This document shows, piece after piece, positions 38,475 through 50,605 of a stretch of 64,000 nucleotides of DNA (its first letter is position 1; each line of letters begins with the position of its first letter). The notes under the pieces are model-generated. The model was not told where the DNA came from. It worked only from the letters and a program-made list of their open reading frames with translations, and did no database searches. Source of the DNA: an uncultured Clostridia bacterium. GTDB lineage: Bacteria; Bacillota; Clostridia; TANB77; CAG-508. The stretch lies in NCBI GenBank assembly GCA_934177725.1, contig CAKPPO010000009.1:6290-70289 (forward strand), written 5' to 3'. The translations under genes were made by a program, and so were the position numbers.

Positions 38475-38900
38475 TTATTTTTCTGTTCCTACATATTCAG
38501 CATTACCTAATCCTAGTATTAAGTAACAAATTGTAGAGAAAAATATTGTTAATATTCCAAATCCTGTTGACTTTCCAAATGCTTTTGCCAATTTTATAGG
38601 ATGTACTATTGCAATAATAACTGCTGCAATAGCATTTACAAATGGAATAATATATAATAACAATAACCATGGTGATAATCCTGCTATTTTATAAAAAACA
38701 GCTATATTGTAAATTGGAATAAGTGACTTCCACCCTTTTTCTCCTGCCTTATTAAAAATTTTCCACATAGCAATAATATACAATACACTAATAACTCCTG
38801 TAAAAAGAGCTCCATAAGTTATTGTTCCTGTTTTTACCATTGTATTAATTGTTTCCGAAATATTTGATAAGTTATCTATCATATCAGATGCTATTGACAT
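38475..38900 (-). CDS. DUF5684-like small membrane protein
   Basis: WKIFNKAGEKGWKSLIPIYNIAVFYKIAG motif plus TM helices. It has its own TTGACA-17-TATAGT promoter at 38929-38957 (minus). Confidence 0.6.
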   Translation of the reverse strand: MSIASDMIDNLSNISETINTMVKTGTITYGALFTGVISVLYIIAMWKIFNKAGEKGWKSLIPIYNIAVFYKIAGLSPWLLLLYIIPFVNAIAAVIIAIVHPIKLAKAFGKSTGFGILTIFFSTICYLILGLGNAEYVGTEK

Positions 38901-39009
38901 ATTTTCCCCTCCTTTGATTTTTTAGTATACTATATACTCATTGTCGTCTTTTGTCAATTTTTATATAAAAAAGTTGCAATTGAAGAAAGTTCCCAATTGC
39001 AACTTTTTA

Positions 39010-39330
39010 TTATTTACTTAATTGACTTTTGAATATATTTCTTGTTAAATCACTTATAACTGGTAATTCATAGTCTTCTTCTTTGTATGCTTTTATCATA
39101 CCAATTAATAATAATACACCCATAAGTACGCTAATTATGCCTCCTATAAATCCTATATATGGTATGTATCTTAATATTAAAGATAACACCATGCTAGAAG
39201 CTGAAATAACTATCGCTTGACATGCATTGAATTTTGTTCTTTCGTCATTGTCTTTTAGAGCAACTAGTATTACTAGTCCTCCAACCCATCCAAACAAATA
39301 TGCAAGTAATCCTCTTATTTTTTGTTCCAT
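39010..39330 (-). CDS. DUF4870-like small membrane protein
   Basis: LAYLFGWVGGLVILVALKDNDERTKFNACQAIV pattern and three TM helices. Confidence 0.6.
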   Translation of the reverse strand: MEQKIRGLLAYLFGWVGGLVILVALKDNDERTKFNACQAIVISASSMVLSLILRYIPYIGFIGGIISVLMGVLLLIGMIKAYKEEDYELPVISDLTRNIFKSQLSK

Positions 39331-39403
39331 TTTTTCCCCTCCTTTTAATTTATATATAATATTTTATATTATATTCCGTTTTTTAGTGTATTTTACTATT
39401 ATC

Positions 39404-41437
39404 TTAATTTAATATTTCAGTAAAATATTCATTAATACGAATAATTAATTCTTGTTTTACTTCTTCAATAGTCATTCCTTCTACTTGTGCTCCTGCTAAT
39501 GTGATATGTCCTCCTCCACCTAATTTTTCTAGGATTAGTTGAACATTTATATCACCTATTGAACGTCCACTTATACAAATTTTATCGCCTAAGTTTCCTA
39601 TAACAAAAGATGCTGTAATATTACTAATTGTTAAAAGTTCATCTGCTGATTTAGCACAAATTAAGCTAGTATCTGCTTCTTCTCTTTCATAAATTGATAT
39701 TGCTATTGTATCATTTACAATTTCCGCATTAGCAACAACTTCTGATATCTTATTATATGTTTCCAAATCACTTTGGAACCATTTTTTTACTTTTATAATA
39801 TCTACCCCACATTTACGTAAGTATGCTGCAGCCTCAAAAGTTCTAACACCTGTTTTAAACGTAAAGTTTTTGGTATCCATCATAATTCCTGCGTATAATC
39901 CTTCTGTTTCTAATTGAGTAAGTTTAATTTCTTGTTCTGAATATTCTAATAGTTCTGTTACTAATTCACATGCAGAAGATGCATAAACTTCATGGAAAGT
40001 TAACAATGCATTTTCTATAAAGTCTGTTCCTCTTCTGTGATGATCTATTATTACTATTTTACTAGTTTTTTCTAATAATTCTGGTACATCTACATAGCTT
40101 GTTTTATGAGTATCTACAACAACTAATAAACTATTTTCATTTATTTTTTCAATTGCTTCGTCTTTTCCTATAATAGTTTTTTGGTATTCCTCATCTTCTT
40201 TTGCAGTTTGTAAAAATGAATCTAATGTAGAACCAACTGTAGTATTTACTATATATGCCTGTTTGCCTATTGTTCTTGCTAGCCTATATACACCAAGGCT
40301 TGCTCCCATAGCATCTATATCACTATTTGTGTGTCCCATTACAAAGATGTTTTCCGCTTCTTCCATTAATTCTTGCAATGCATTAGCAACTATTCTTGCT
40401 TTTACCTTAGTTCTTTTCTCTAATTCTTGAGTTCTACCTCCGAAGAATATATATTTTCCATCTTTACGAAGAATCGCTTGATCTCCACCTCTACCCAATG
40501 CAATGTCTATCATTGATTGAGCTGTTTTATATTTTTCATAATTTGAACTTTCCTCTGTTGCAATTGCTATACTTAATGTAGATTGTACTTTGCCTGGTAT
40601 TTCTATTTCTTTTATTTTATCTAAAATATTAAATTTATTTTCTTCTAATTGTTTTAAATATTTTTGTTGTACCAATAGTATAAATGTATCTCTTTCAGAT
40701 TTAATAATTAGTCCTTCAAATGTTGTTGCCCAATCATATAAGTTTCTTTCTATTTGTGCTGTTAATATTGGTTTGTCTTCGTCTGAAAGTCTTTGCATTA
40801 TTTCTTCGTAATTGTCTATCATAATAATTCCAACACATAATTTAGAATTATTGTATTTTTGTTCTAATAAAATGTTTTTTGTTTCGTCTATAAAATATAA
40901 AGTAGTCATATATTCTTTATTGTTGTTCTTTTGCTTTTCTTTTGATTCTACATATTCTCCTACTACTTTATAAGTTTTGCTTCCTATTTTAACTTGTTTT
41001 AAAATTAGATCTTGTAATTCTTTTTTGTCTTCATTACTTCCATTTTCAAGTTCTAGTTTTATTTCTTTTACTATATTATTTAAGTAATTATTTATATCTA
41101 TATTAGCAAATTCATGTATAAATTTCGAACTTTTCCAAATAATATTTCCATCTGTTTCTATTATAACTAATGGAAATGGTGAGTTAATTAAAGTACTTTT
41201 TGCGGCTGTATCTACTGTTAAAGTTAAGTCTTTAATGTGCTCTGAAAGTTCTGCTTTTCTTTTATTATTTGTCCAACATGCATACATTATAATTAATGCA
41301 TATCCAATTATTGCTGGCGTAATAAAACGAACTTCATATATGCATAATGCTATTAACAAAATAGCTATAATTACTAAATAAATCTTTGTCTTTGATACTA
41401 GTTTATCAAAGATTTTTCTATTAGTGTTATTCGGCAT
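39404..41437 (-). CDS. gdpP: Cyclic-di-AMP phosphodiesterase GdpP (YybT family)
   Basis: Two N-terminal TM helices, PAS and degenerate-GGDEF regions, DHH motifs (HTNSDIDAMGA, VVVDTH, IIDHHRRG) and DHHA1 GGGGH. It shows synteny with rplI and dnaB. Confidence 0.9.
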   Translation of the reverse strand: MPNNTNRKIFDKLVSKTKIYLVIIAILLIALCIYEVRFITPAIIGYALIIMYACWTNNKRKAELSEHIKDLTLTVDTAAKSTLINSPFPLVIIETDGNIIWKSSKFIHEFANIDINNYLNNIVKEIKLELENGSNEDKKELQDLILKQVKIGSKTYKVVGEYVESKEKQKNNNKEYMTTLYFIDETKNILLEQKYNNSKLCVGIIMIDNYEEIMQRLSDEDKPILTAQIERNLYDWATTFEGLIIKSERDTFILLVQQKYLKQLEENKFNILDKIKEIEIPGKVQSTLSIAIATEESSNYEKYKTAQSMIDIALGRGGDQAILRKDGKYIFFGGRTQELEKRTKVKARIVANALQELMEEAENIFVMGHTNSDIDAMGASLGVYRLARTIGKQAYIVNTTVGSTLDSFLQTAKEDEEYQKTIIGKDEAIEKINENSLLVVVDTHKTSYVDVPELLEKTSKIVIIDHHRRGTDFIENALLTFHEVYASSACELVTELLEYSEQEIKLTQLETEGLYAGIMMDTKNFTFKTGVRTFEAAAYLRKCGVDIIKVKKWFQSDLETYNKISEVVANAEIVNDTIAISIYEREEADTSLICAKSADELLTISNITASFVIGNLGDKICISGRSIGDINVQLILEKLGGGGHITLAGAQVEGMTIEEVKQELIIRINEYFTEILN

Positions 41438-41472
41438 AAATATCTCCCTCTAATAATTCTCTAACAGTATCT

Positions 41473-41501
41473 ATTTTACTATTTTTTAGACCTTTTGTCA
41501 A
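41473..41501 (-). promoter_or_regulatory. Candidate sigma-A promoter of gdpP
   Basis: Minus sense TTGACA - 17 nt - TAAAAT, about 35 nt upstream of the start codon. Confidence 0.5.
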
Positions 41502-41522
41502 ATTTCAAATATATTTTATTAT

Positions 41523-41586
41523 CGCCATATTTATCTTCTACAGAAAGTTATCATACTATGATAACTTTCTTTGAATATAAAAAAAG
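41523..41586 (+). repeat. Intergenic repeat family, partial copy C (hairpin-2 half)
   Basis: gccatatttatcttctacagaaagttatcatactatgataactttc... is nearly identical to 55774-55834 and 54832-54882. Confidence 0.85.
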
Positions 41587-41629
41587 AAATATAGATTTAT
41601 AAGATTTACTATATTTCTTTTTTAGCTTT

Positions 41630-42466
41630 TTAAGAAAATGTTATACTGCTAATAGTACATGTCTTTGACGAACTTGATGAACTACCACTATCAGCTGCAC
41701 TTCCAGAATAAGACAAACTAATTTCTAGTCTACAAGATTCATAATTAGAAACATCTATAGTTGAAGATGATGTTAATGTTATTTTATCATTATTATTCAT
41801 TACTAAAACAGCTGAAGAATTACTAACAGTTCCAACTGTTATAGTAGAAAAATTAGATAAATTAAATTCGAACTTTGAAGAACATGAACCTTTTCCATAT
41901 GCTGTTCCATGATTATTTTCAGAAGCGTTATGATATTCATATCCATATACTACTAAATTGCTTAATGTAATGCTTATATCTGATTTTGCTTGGTCGTAAT
42001 GTGATTTGTTATCTGCACCATTCCCTGTAATTAACTCTCCATTAATCCATGCTGTTTTACCTTCTGATATATTATCTGCTGTTGCTGTAGCATTCTTGGT
42101 TACTTCTTTTACTATTTCTTTTATACTATCTCCAAAAATTGGGGGTTCTGCAGATGCTTCTGGTTTTATTTCTCCGGCTTCTTCTATATAGTTTGCTATA
42201 GCTGTTTTAAATTCTGCTAATTTCGCAATTGCTTCATACGGACTACCTGGTATGGAACTTAATTCATTATCAGTTTGTTCGTAAAGTCTATTTAGAGCTG
42301 TTTCTTCTTCTGTTTTTGCAAGTTCAGCATTTTCTTTTGCTTTTTTGGCGATTGTTATTATTCCATTGTCTCCTAATACTAAATTTATACTTATTCCTGC
42401 TAATATTATTAGCACAATAATTGTTACAACTAAGGCAACTAACGTTATACCTTTTGAATTTTTCAT
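41630..42466 (-). CDS. Pilin-like N-terminal anchor protein; paralog of the DGR target N-terminus, with a C-terminal domain of unknown function
   Basis: MKNSKGITLVALVVTIIVLIILAGISINLVLGDNGIITIAKKAKENAELAKTEEETALNRLYEQ closely parallels residues 1-65 of ORF 5351-6040. Confidence 0.7.
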   Translation of the reverse strand: MKNSKGITLVALVVTIIVLIILAGISINLVLGDNGIITIAKKAKENAELAKTEEETALNRLYEQTDNELSSIPGSPYEAIAKLAEFKTAIANYIEEAGEIKPEASAEPPIFGDSIKEIVKEVTKNATATADNISEGKTAWINGELITGNGADNKSHYDQAKSDISITLSNLVVYGYEYHNASENNHGTAYGKGSCSSKFEFNLSNFSTITVGTVSNSSAVLVMNNNDKITLTSSSTIDVSNYESCRLEISLSYSGSAADSGSSSSSSKTCTISSITFS

Positions 42467-42649
42467 TTTCTTTTGTCTTCCTCCAAATATATTGTTTATT
42501 TTAATATATCCAATTTTTTTTAATTATTTATTAATATTATATTTATATTTTTTAGAGCATCTTATTGATTTTTATAAAATAATATTTGAAAATATGCACT
42601 TATATACAATAAAAAGCAGTTCAAGATATTTTCTTAAACTGCTTTATTT

Positions 42650-45600
42650 TTATTCTTCTACACTAGCTGTTTCTTCTTCATTTTCTTGTACCTTGTCTTG
42701 TTCTGTGCTAATGTGTGTATTTCTATATTTTGCAAGTCCTGTACCTGCTGGGATTAATTTACCAATGATAACATTTTCTTTTAATCCTATTAATTCATCA
42801 ACTTTACCTTTAATAGCTGCTTCTGTTAATACTCTTGTTGTCTCTTGGAATGATGCTGCAGATAAGAAACTATCTGTTGCAAGTGATGCTTTTGTAATTC
42901 CAAGAAGTACACGTTTTCCTGTTGCAGGGCGTTTTCCTTCTTCAACTGCTTTTTTATTTATGTCTTCAAATTCATACATATCAACTAATGAACCTGCGAA
43001 CATTGGAGTATCTCCATTGTCTTCAACTCTAATCTTCTTAAGCATTTGTCTACCAATAACCTCAATATGTTTATCGTTGATATCAACACCTTGGTTTCTA
43101 TATACTTTTTGAACTTCTTGTACTAGGTAGTTGTAAACTCCTTCTGGTCCTTTAATTGCAAGTAATTCGTTAGGGTTAATTGAACCTTCTGTTAGAGGTT
43201 GACCTGCAACTACTTCGTCTCCGTCTTTTACTTTTAATTTAGAACCGAATGGTATAACATAAGTTTTGCTATCATCTTTAGAAGTAACTGAAATTGTTTT
43301 TCTCTTCTTGTCTTCTGCGATTTTAACAACACCATCTATTTCTGCAACTATTGCAAGTCCCTTTGGTTTTCTAGCTTCAAATAATTCCTCAACCCTTGGA
43401 AGACCTTGTGTAATGTCGGCAACACCAGCAACACCACCAGAGTGAATTGTTCTCATTGTAAGCTGTGTACCTGGCTCACCAATAGATTGAGCTGCTATGA
43501 TACCTACAGTTTCGCCAATGTTTGCTTCTTCACGACTAGCTAAGCCCATACCATAACATTTAGAACATACACCATATTTTGTTCTACATCCAAATACACT
43601 GCGTACTCTAACTTCTTCAATTCCAGCTTCAACTATTTGATCTGCTGTTTTATCTGAAATCATTGTATTTGTATCTACTATTATTTCTCCTGTTGCAGGA
43701 TTTTTAATATCTTCTAATGGGTAACGTCCTATTAGTCTTTCTTCTAGGCTTTCAATTACTTGATTTCCGTCTTTTATTGCTGTTAATGTAATTCCATCGT
43801 GTGTACCACAATCATGCTCTCTAACGATAATGTCTTGAGAAACATCAACTAATCTTCTTGTTAGGTATCCAGAGTCAGCTGTTCTTAAAGCTGTATCTGA
43901 TAGACCTTTACGAGCACCATGGGCAGAGATAAAGTATTCTAGAGCATCTAGACCCTCTCTGAATGATGATTTAATTGGTATTTCAACTGTTTTACCAGTT
44001 GTACTAGCCATAAGTCCACGCATACCTGCAATTTGTTTTAATTGGTCTAGGTTACCACGGGCACCAGAGTCAGACATCATGAACATTGGGTTTAATTGTG
44101 TAAATGTATCTTTCATTGCATTTTTAACATCATCTGTTGCTTGTTCCCAAATCTTAATTACTGATTGGTATCTTTCATCTTCAGTAATTAAACCACGTTT
44201 GTATTGTTTTAATACATTGTCTACGTCTGCTTGTGCTTTTGCTAATATTTCTTTCTTAGCTTCTGGTACTTTAACATCTTCTATAGATACTGTAATACCA
44301 CCTGTTGTTGAATATTTGAAACCTGTTGCTTTAATATAGTCTAATAATTCTGCTGAAGGGTTTAATCCGTATTTATTAATACTCTTCTCGATTATTTTTC
44401 CTAATTTTTTCTTGTTAACAACAAAGTTAATTTCTGGTTCAAATTCATTTTCTGGATTAGTTCTATCAACAAATCCTAAATCTTGTGGAATACCTTTATT
44501 GTATATAATTCTACCAACTGTTGTTTCCACTTTTCTATGTTTTTCATTTCCTTCTTCGTCGATTTTACTCATACGAACTGAAATTTTAGCATGCATACCT
44601 ACTTCTTTGTTTTCATATGCAATTATAGCTTCTTCTGAAGATGAAAAGTAACTTCCTTCTCCAATTTCACCTGGAACTTCCATTGTTAAATAGTAACTTC
44701 CTAAAATCATATCTTGTGTAGGAACTGTTACTGGTTTACCATCTTGTGGTTTTAAAAGGTTGTTTACAGATAACATTAAATATCTTGCTTCTGCTTGTGC
44801 TTCTGGTGATAAAGGTAAATGTATAGCCATTTGGTCACCATCGAAGTCAGCATTGAATGCTGTACATACTAATGGGTGTAATTTTATTGCTCTACCTTCT
44901 ACTAAGACTGGTTCAAATGCTTGAATACCAAGTCTATGAAGTGTTGGAGCACGGTTTAACATTACTGGATGGTCTTTAATTACTTCTTCTAATATATCCC
45001 ATACTTCTGGGCGTAATCTTTCTACCATTCTTTTTGCATTTTTAATGTTGTGTGCAATTCCTCTTCCTACTAATTCTTTCATAACGAAAGGTTTAAATAA
45101 CTCTACAGCCATTTCTTTTGGAACACCACATTGATATAGTTTAAGTTCTGGACCTACAACTATAACTGAACGTCCTGAATAGTCAACACGTTTTCCAAGT
45201 AAGTTTTGACGGAAACGTCCTTGTTTACCTTTAAGCATATCTGATAAAGATTTTAAAGGTCTATTTCCAGCACCTGTTACTGGTCTACCACGTCTTGAGT
45301 TATCTATTAATGCATCTACAGATTCTTGAAGCATTCTTTTTTCGTTTCTTTTAATAATTTCTGGTGCTCCAAGTTCTATTAATCTTTTCAAACGATTATT
45401 TCTGTTTATAACTCTTCTGTATAAATCGTTTAAATCTGATGTTGCAAATCTACCACCATCTAATTGAACCATTGGTCTTAATTCTGGTGGAATAACTGGT
45501 ACAACATTCATAATCATCCATTCAGGTCTATTTCCTGATAATCTAAATGATTCTACTGTGTCTAATCTTTTTACTAGTTTTGCTTTCTTTTGCTCACTAG

Positions 45601-46195
45601 CTGTTTCTAATTCTTTCTTTAATTGTGCAGATAATTTGTCTAAATCTATTTCTTTTAATAGTTTTTCTAATGCTTCTGCACCCATTTCTGCTTTAAAACT
45701 TCCAAAACCATATTTTTCTACAGCTTCATGGTATTCTTTTTCTGTTAAAACTTGTGTTTTCATTAATCCAGAAGTACCTTTATCTGTAACTATGTAAGAT
45801 GCAAAATATACTATTTTCTCTAAATTTCTTGGTGAAATATCAAGCATTAAAGCTATTCTGCTTGGTATTCCTTTGAAATACCAAATATGAGCTACTGGAG
45901 CTGCAAGTTCGATATGTCCCATTCTTTCACGTCTTACTTTTGATTTTGTAACTTCTACACCACAACGATCACAAACTATACCTTTGTAACGTACTCTTTT
46001 ATATTTACCACAATGACATTCCCAGTCTTTTGTTGGTCCAAATATTCTTTCACAAAATAGACCATCTTTTTCTGGTTTTAATGTTCTGTAGTTAATAGTC
46101 TCTGGTTTTTTTACTTCACCCTTTGACCATTCTCTTATTTTTTCGTCTGATGCTAAGCCGATTTTGATTTTATCAAACATTTCTAATTCATCCAC
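42650..46195 (-). CDS. rpoC: DNA-directed RNA polymerase subunit beta-prime
   Basis: [12 protein letters not shown] catalytic motif, a zinc-binding CHCGKY..C..CGVEV region, and its length; GTG start. Confidence 0.99.
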   Translation of the reverse strand: MDELEMFDKIKIGLASDEKIREWSKGEVKKPETINYRTLKPEKDGLFCERIFGPTKDWECHCGKYKRVRYKGIVCDRCGVEVTKSKVRRERMGHIELAAPVAHIWYFKGIPSRIALMLDISPRNLEKIVYFASYIVTDKGTSGLMKTQVLTEKEYHEAVEKYGFGSFKAEMGAEALEKLLKEIDLDKLSAQLKKELETASEQKKAKLVKRLDTVESFRLSGNRPEWMIMNVVPVIPPELRPMVQLDGGRFATSDLNDLYRRVINRNNRLKRLIELGAPEIIKRNEKRMLQESVDALIDNSRRGRPVTGAGNRPLKSLSDMLKGKQGRFRQNLLGKRVDYSGRSVIVVGPELKLYQCGVPKEMAVELFKPFVMKELVGRGIAHNIKNAKRMVERLRPEVWDILEEVIKDHPVMLNRAPTLHRLGIQAFEPVLVEGRAIKLHPLVCTAFNADFDGDQMAIHLPLSPEAQAEARYLMLSVNNLLKPQDGKPVTVPTQDMILGSYYLTMEVPGEIGEGSYFSSSEEAIIAYENKEVGMHAKISVRMSKIDEEGNEKHRKVETTVGRIIYNKGIPQDLGFVDRTNPENEFEPEINFVVNKKKLGKIIEKSINKYGLNPSAELLDYIKATGFKYSTTGGITVSIEDVKVPEAKKEILAKAQADVDNVLKQYKRGLITEDERYQSVIKIWEQATDDVKNAMKDTFTQLNPMFMMSDSGARGNLDQLKQIAGMRGLMASTTGKTVEIPIKSSFREGLDALEYFISAHGARKGLSDTALRTADSGYLTRRLVDVSQDIIVREHDCGTHDGITLTAIKDGNQVIESLEERLIGRYPLEDIKNPATGEIIVDTNTMISDKTADQIVEAGIEEVRVRSVFGCRTKYGVCSKCYGMGLASREEANIGETVGIIAAQSIGEPGTQLTMRTIHSGGVAGVADITQGLPRVEELFEARKPKGLAIVAEIDGVVKIAEDKKRKTISVTSKDDSKTYVIPFGSKLKVKDGDEVVAGQPLTEGSINPNELLAIKGPEGVYNYLVQEVQKVYRNQGVDINDKHIEVIGRQMLKKIRVEDNGDTPMFAGSLVDMYEFEDINKKAVEEGKRPATGKRVLLGITKASLATDSFLSAASFQETTRVLTEAAIKGKVDELIGLKENVIIGKLIPAGTGLAKYRNTHISTEQDKVQENEEETASVEE

Positions 46196-46392
46196 TTTTT
46201 AATTAGCCCCCTATTACTATTTTATTGGGTAATTTTAAAACAGATTTCAAGTTCTATCCATTGCTGGTGCAAATTTTAAATGTCGACTCTTATCTTTTTA
46301 AAATTTATTTAGTTGTTTTTTTCCAATTAAGGATATTTTCTAATCAAATTATTGTCTAATTGGGGGGATACTAGCCCCCAATTGCAATTTTT

Positions 46393-49300
46393 TTATTCTA
46401 ATCCGTCTTCATTTTCTAAATTGTCTTCTGCTAAGTCTGAATCAAATATAGAATCATCACCTTCATCGTCTAAACCAAGGAATAAATCATCTGATTCATC
46501 TGTGTCTAATAGCATTGCATCTGAATCTTCATCTGCTTCTATATAGCTATCTTCTAATTCTGATTCATCAACTACGTTTTCTCCGACTTTTGCGTCTTCG
46601 TAGTCTATTCCTTCATCAATATGTTCTTGTAATTCTAATTCTTTATTATCTTCTGAATATAGACGTATGTCTAATCCTAAAGATTGAAGTTCTTTAATTA
46701 ATACTTTAAAGCTTTCAGGAACACCTGGTTCAGGAATATTTTCACCTTTTACAATTGCTTCATATGTTTTAACACGTCCAACAACGTCGTCTGATTTAAC
46801 TGTTAACATTTCTTGTAATGTGTAAGCTGCACCATATGCTTCTAATGCCCAAACTTCCATCTCTCCAAAACGTTGTCCACCGAATTGTGCTTTACCACCT
46901 AGAGGTTGTTGTGTAACTAGTGAGTATGGTCCAGTTGAACGAGCATGTATTTTATCATCAACTAAGTGATGTAGTTTAAGCATGTACATTACACCAACTG
47001 TAACAGGGTTATCAAATTTTTCACCTGTACGTCCATCATGAAGTATTGTTTTTCCGTCTGGTCTTAATCCTGCTTCTACCAATAATTTCTTAATTTCTTC
47101 GTCTGTAGCACCATCAAATACTGGTGTTGCAACTTTCCATCCTAATGCTTTTGCAGCCATACCTAAGTGAACTTCTAGAACTTGACCTAAGTTCATACGA
47201 GATGGAATACCTTGTGGGTTTAATACTATATCTACTGGTGTACCATCTTCTAAGAATGGCATGTCTTCTACTGGAAGTATTCTTGAAATAACACCTTTGT
47301 TACCATGACGTCCGGCCATTTTATCACCAACAGAGATTTTTCTCTTTGTTGCAATATAACAACGAATTACTTGGTTAACACCAGGTCCTAATTCATCTGA
47401 ATTATCTCTAGTAAATATTTTAACATCTACTATTGTTCCAGCTTCACCATGTGGAACTCTTAAAGATGTATCTCTAACTTCTCTTGCTTTTTCTCCAAAT
47501 ATAGCACGAAGTAATCTTTCTTCTGCTGTAAGTTCTGTTTCTCCTTTTGGAGTAACTTTTCCTACTAATATATCTCCTGGTCTTACTTCAGCACCAATTC
47601 TTATAATTCCGTTTTCATCTAGGTCTTTTAAGCTGTCATCTCCGACATTTGGAATATCACGAGTGATTTCTTCTGGACCTAATTTTGTATCACGGCATTC
47701 GCAATCATATTCTTCAATATGTATAGATGTATAAACATCTTCTTTAACTAATCTTTCGCTAATTAATACAGCGTCCTCGTAGTTGTAACCTTCCCAAGTT
47801 GTGAAAGCTATTAAAACGTTTCTTCCTAAAGCCATTTCTCCATCCTTTGTAGATGGTCCATCAGCTAAAATGTCTCCTGCTTTAACTTTTTCTCCTCTTG
47901 TTACAACTGGTCTTTGGTTAATACATGTACCACCATTTGTTCTTTTGAACTTACGTAGTTTATATGTATCTATTTCATTCTTTTTATTACGTACTTTTAC
48001 TTCGTCTGCTGTTACTTTTTCTACAATACCTTCATTAATTGCAGTAATTGTAATTCCAGAGTCTCTTGCTGCTCTGTATTCAATTCCTGTTCCAACTATT
48101 GGAGACTCTGGCATAAGTAGTGGAACTGCTTGACGTTGCATGTTAGAACCCATAAGTGAACGTTTAACGTCATCATGCTCTAAGAATGGTATCATTGCTG
48201 CTGCAACAGATACTAATTGTTTTGGAGAAACATCTACATAGTCAACTTGGCTAGCGTCAACTTCTGTAATTTCTTCTCTATGACGTACACGAATTCTCTT
48301 ATTTTCAAATTTTCCATCTTTATCTAATGGTTCTGATGCTTGAGCGATAATATATTTATCTTCTTCATCAGCTGGCATATATTCTACAGTATCTGTAACT
48401 TTTCCATCTACTACTTTTCTATATGGTGTTTCAATAAATCCATATTCATTAATAACTGCAAAAGATGATAATGCAGAAATAAGTCCAATGTTTGGTCCTT
48501 CTGGAGATTCTACTGGGCAAAGTCTTCCATAGTGAGTATAGTGAATATCACGTACTTCGAATCCTGCTCTTTCACGAGAAAGTCCACCAGGTCCTAATGC
48601 TGAAATTCTTCTTTTATGTGTAAGCTCTGATAATGGGTTTGTTTGATCCATAAATTGTGATAATTGAGAGCTTCCAAAGAATTCCCTAATAGATGATGTA
48701 ATAGGTTTTGTATTAATTAATGTTTGTGGTGTTACTATGTCTAAGTCTTGAATTGTCATTCTTTCACGAACAACTCTTTCAAGTCTTGTTAAACCAATTC
48801 TAAATTGATTTTGTAATAATTCACCAACACATCTAATACGTCTGTTTCCTAAATGGTCTATATCATCTGTTACACCTAGTCCATGATCTAAGTTTAACAA
48901 ATAACTAATTGAAGCAATTATATCTTCGTTTGTTATATGTTTTGGTATTAATTCTTCTTTTCTTTCTTTTAATACTTTGTGTAAATCTTTTTTATCAGTT
49001 GTATCTAATATTGATTTTAGTACTTCATAATTTACTTCTTCTTTGAAATGTAAATCTGAGATATCAACATCTGTTACAAATTTGTGGATATTTACTGTTC
49101 CATTTCCTATAATTCTAACTTTAGTTTCTCCAACTTTAACATCTACAATGTTTAGTCCTGTATTTTGTATTTCTTCTGCTATTTCTTCTGAAATAACATT
49201 GTCTTTTTCTACTAATACTTCACCTGTTGTTGGATCAATAATATCTTCAAATGCTACTTTTCCAGTAATTCTAGATGCTAAACTTAATTTTTTATTAAAT

Positions 49301-50118
49301 TTATAACGTCCTACTTTTGCTAAGTCATATCTTCTTTCATCAAAGAATAAACCATTAAATAAGTTTCTTGCAGCATCTACAGTTGGAAGTTCACCTGGTC
49401 TTAATTTTTTGTAAATTTCTATTAAAGCTTCATCTGTAGTTTTAATAGTATCTTTTTGAATTGTAGCTTTAAGTTTTTCTTCTTCTCCAAATAAAGCTAA
49501 CATTTCTTCGTCTGTAGCAATTCCAATTGCTCTTAAAAGACAAGTTACTGGTATTTTTCTTGTTCTATCAACTCTTGCCCAGAATACGTCGTTTCCATCT
49601 GTTTCGTATTCAATCCATGCACCACGAATTGGCATAACAGTTGAAGTAAATATTTTTTTACCTGTTTTGTCGAATTCAGAAGCATAGTAACATCCTGGTG
49701 AACGTACTAATTGGCTTACTACAACTCTTTCTGCACCATTTATGATGAATGTTCCACTTTCTGTCATTAATGGGAAGTCTCCTAAATAAATTTCTTGTTC
49801 TTTAATTTCGCCTGTTTCACGGTTGATTAAACGTACTTTTACATGTAATCTTGTTGAATATGTTGCGTCTCTTTCTTTTGCTTCTTCAACAGAATACTTT
49901 GTTTTGTCTTCCATGTAATAGTCAAAGAACTCAAGTACAAGGTTTCCAGAGTAGTCTACTATTGGAGATATATCTTGTAAAACTTCTCCTAATCCTTCTT
50001 CTACAAACCAATCGTAAGAGTCTTTTTGGACTTTAATTAAGTTTGGCATCTCAATAAAGTCACCAATTTTTGCAAACGTTTTACGTGTGCATTTTTCGTG
50101 TTTGATATCTTTTACCAA
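46393..50118 (-). CDS. rpoB: DNA-directed RNA polymerase subunit beta
   Basis: Conserved beta-subunit blocks ([34 protein letters not shown]). It has an acidic C-terminal tail and a TTG start after AGGGGG. Confidence 0.99.
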   Translation of the reverse strand: MVKDIKHEKCTRKTFAKIGDFIEMPNLIKVQKDSYDWFVEEGLGEVLQDISPIVDYSGNLVLEFFDYYMEDKTKYSVEEAKERDATYSTRLHVKVRLINRETGEIKEQEIYLGDFPLMTESGTFIINGAERVVVSQLVRSPGCYYASEFDKTGKKIFTSTVMPIRGAWIEYETDGNDVFWARVDRTRKIPVTCLLRAIGIATDEEMLALFGEEEKLKATIQKDTIKTTDEALIEIYKKLRPGELPTVDAARNLFNGLFFDERRYDLAKVGRYKFNKKLSLASRITGKVAFEDIIDPTTGEVLVEKDNVISEEIAEEIQNTGLNIVDVKVGETKVRIIGNGTVNIHKFVTDVDISDLHFKEEVNYEVLKSILDTTDKKDLHKVLKERKEELIPKHITNEDIIASISYLLNLDHGLGVTDDIDHLGNRRIRCVGELLQNQFRIGLTRLERVVRERMTIQDLDIVTPQTLINTKPITSSIREFFGSSQLSQFMDQTNPLSELTHKRRISALGPGGLSRERAGFEVRDIHYTHYGRLCPVESPEGPNIGLISALSSFAVINEYGFIETPYRKVVDGKVTDTVEYMPADEEDKYIIAQASEPLDKDGKFENKRIRVRHREEITEVDASQVDYVDVSPKQLVSVAAAMIPFLEHDDVKRSLMGSNMQRQAVPLLMPESPIVGTGIEYRAARDSGITITAINEGIVEKVTADEVKVRNKKNEIDTYKLRKFKRTNGGTCINQRPVVTRGEKVKAGDILADGPSTKDGEMALGRNVLIAFTTWEGYNYEDAVLISERLVKEDVYTSIHIEEYDCECRDTKLGPEEITRDIPNVGDDSLKDLDENGIIRIGAEVRPGDILVGKVTPKGETELTAEERLLRAIFGEKAREVRDTSLRVPHGEAGTIVDVKIFTRDNSDELGPGVNQVIRCYIATKRKISVGDKMAGRHGNKGVISRILPVEDMPFLEDGTPVDIVLNPQGIPSRMNLGQVLEVHLGMAAKALGWKVATPVFDGATDEEIKKLLVEAGLRPDGKTILHDGRTGEKFDNPVTVGVMYMLKLHHLVDDKIHARSTGPYSLVTQQPLGGKAQFGGQRFGEMEVWALEAYGAAYTLQEMLTVKSDDVVGRVKTYEAIVKGENIPEPGVPESFKVLIKELQSLGLDIRLYSEDNKELELQEHIDEGIDYEDAKVGENVVDESELEDSYIEADEDSDAMLLDTDESDDLFLGLDDEGDDSIFDSDLAEDNLENEDGLE

Positions 50119-50566
50119 AACAAATTACCCCCTATATTGAATTTAAAGCAGACTTAAATTTTTAGCATTTTGCGAACTTAAATACCATTTCTCAATGTTT
50201 CAAATATATTTATTTTCACATTAAATGCACTTTTGTGAATAAAATTTATAGGTAAAAGAAGCCCTTCTTGTTTTTATTTTTCTTACTTAAAATTTAACTT
50301 TGCTGCTTACCTAAAGTTAAGTTTTCCGTAGGTTAAAATAAAACAATTCCTCTTCTTTTTTAATAAAATTTTCGTGATTAATTCTTTTGTAAGACAAAAA
50401 TTTGCTTATACCATTTAAGTATACTTTATTTTTCTTAGGCTTGTCAATACTTTGCGGACAATTTGTTAATATTTTTTTGGTGTTTTTTATGGTTTTTAAG
50501 TACACTTTCTCTTTTAGAAATATTTTTATTATATTAGATTATTTTATTTCTTTTTTGGCAATAATG

Positions 50567-50575
50567 TGATATAAT
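50567..50575 (+). promoter_or_regulatory. Candidate extended -10 promoter element for the fic gene
   Basis: TGaTATAAT, about 30 nt upstream of ATG 50606. Confidence 0.4.
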
Positions 50576-50605
50576 ATAATTATATTGAAAAGGAGTATTT
50601 ATATT

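Noticed and set aside
42345-43112. 255-aa plus-strand ORF
   Set aside because: It is antisense to the pilin-like gene and the 3' end of rpoC. It has a hydrophobic low-complexity composition, no RBS and no recognisable motif.
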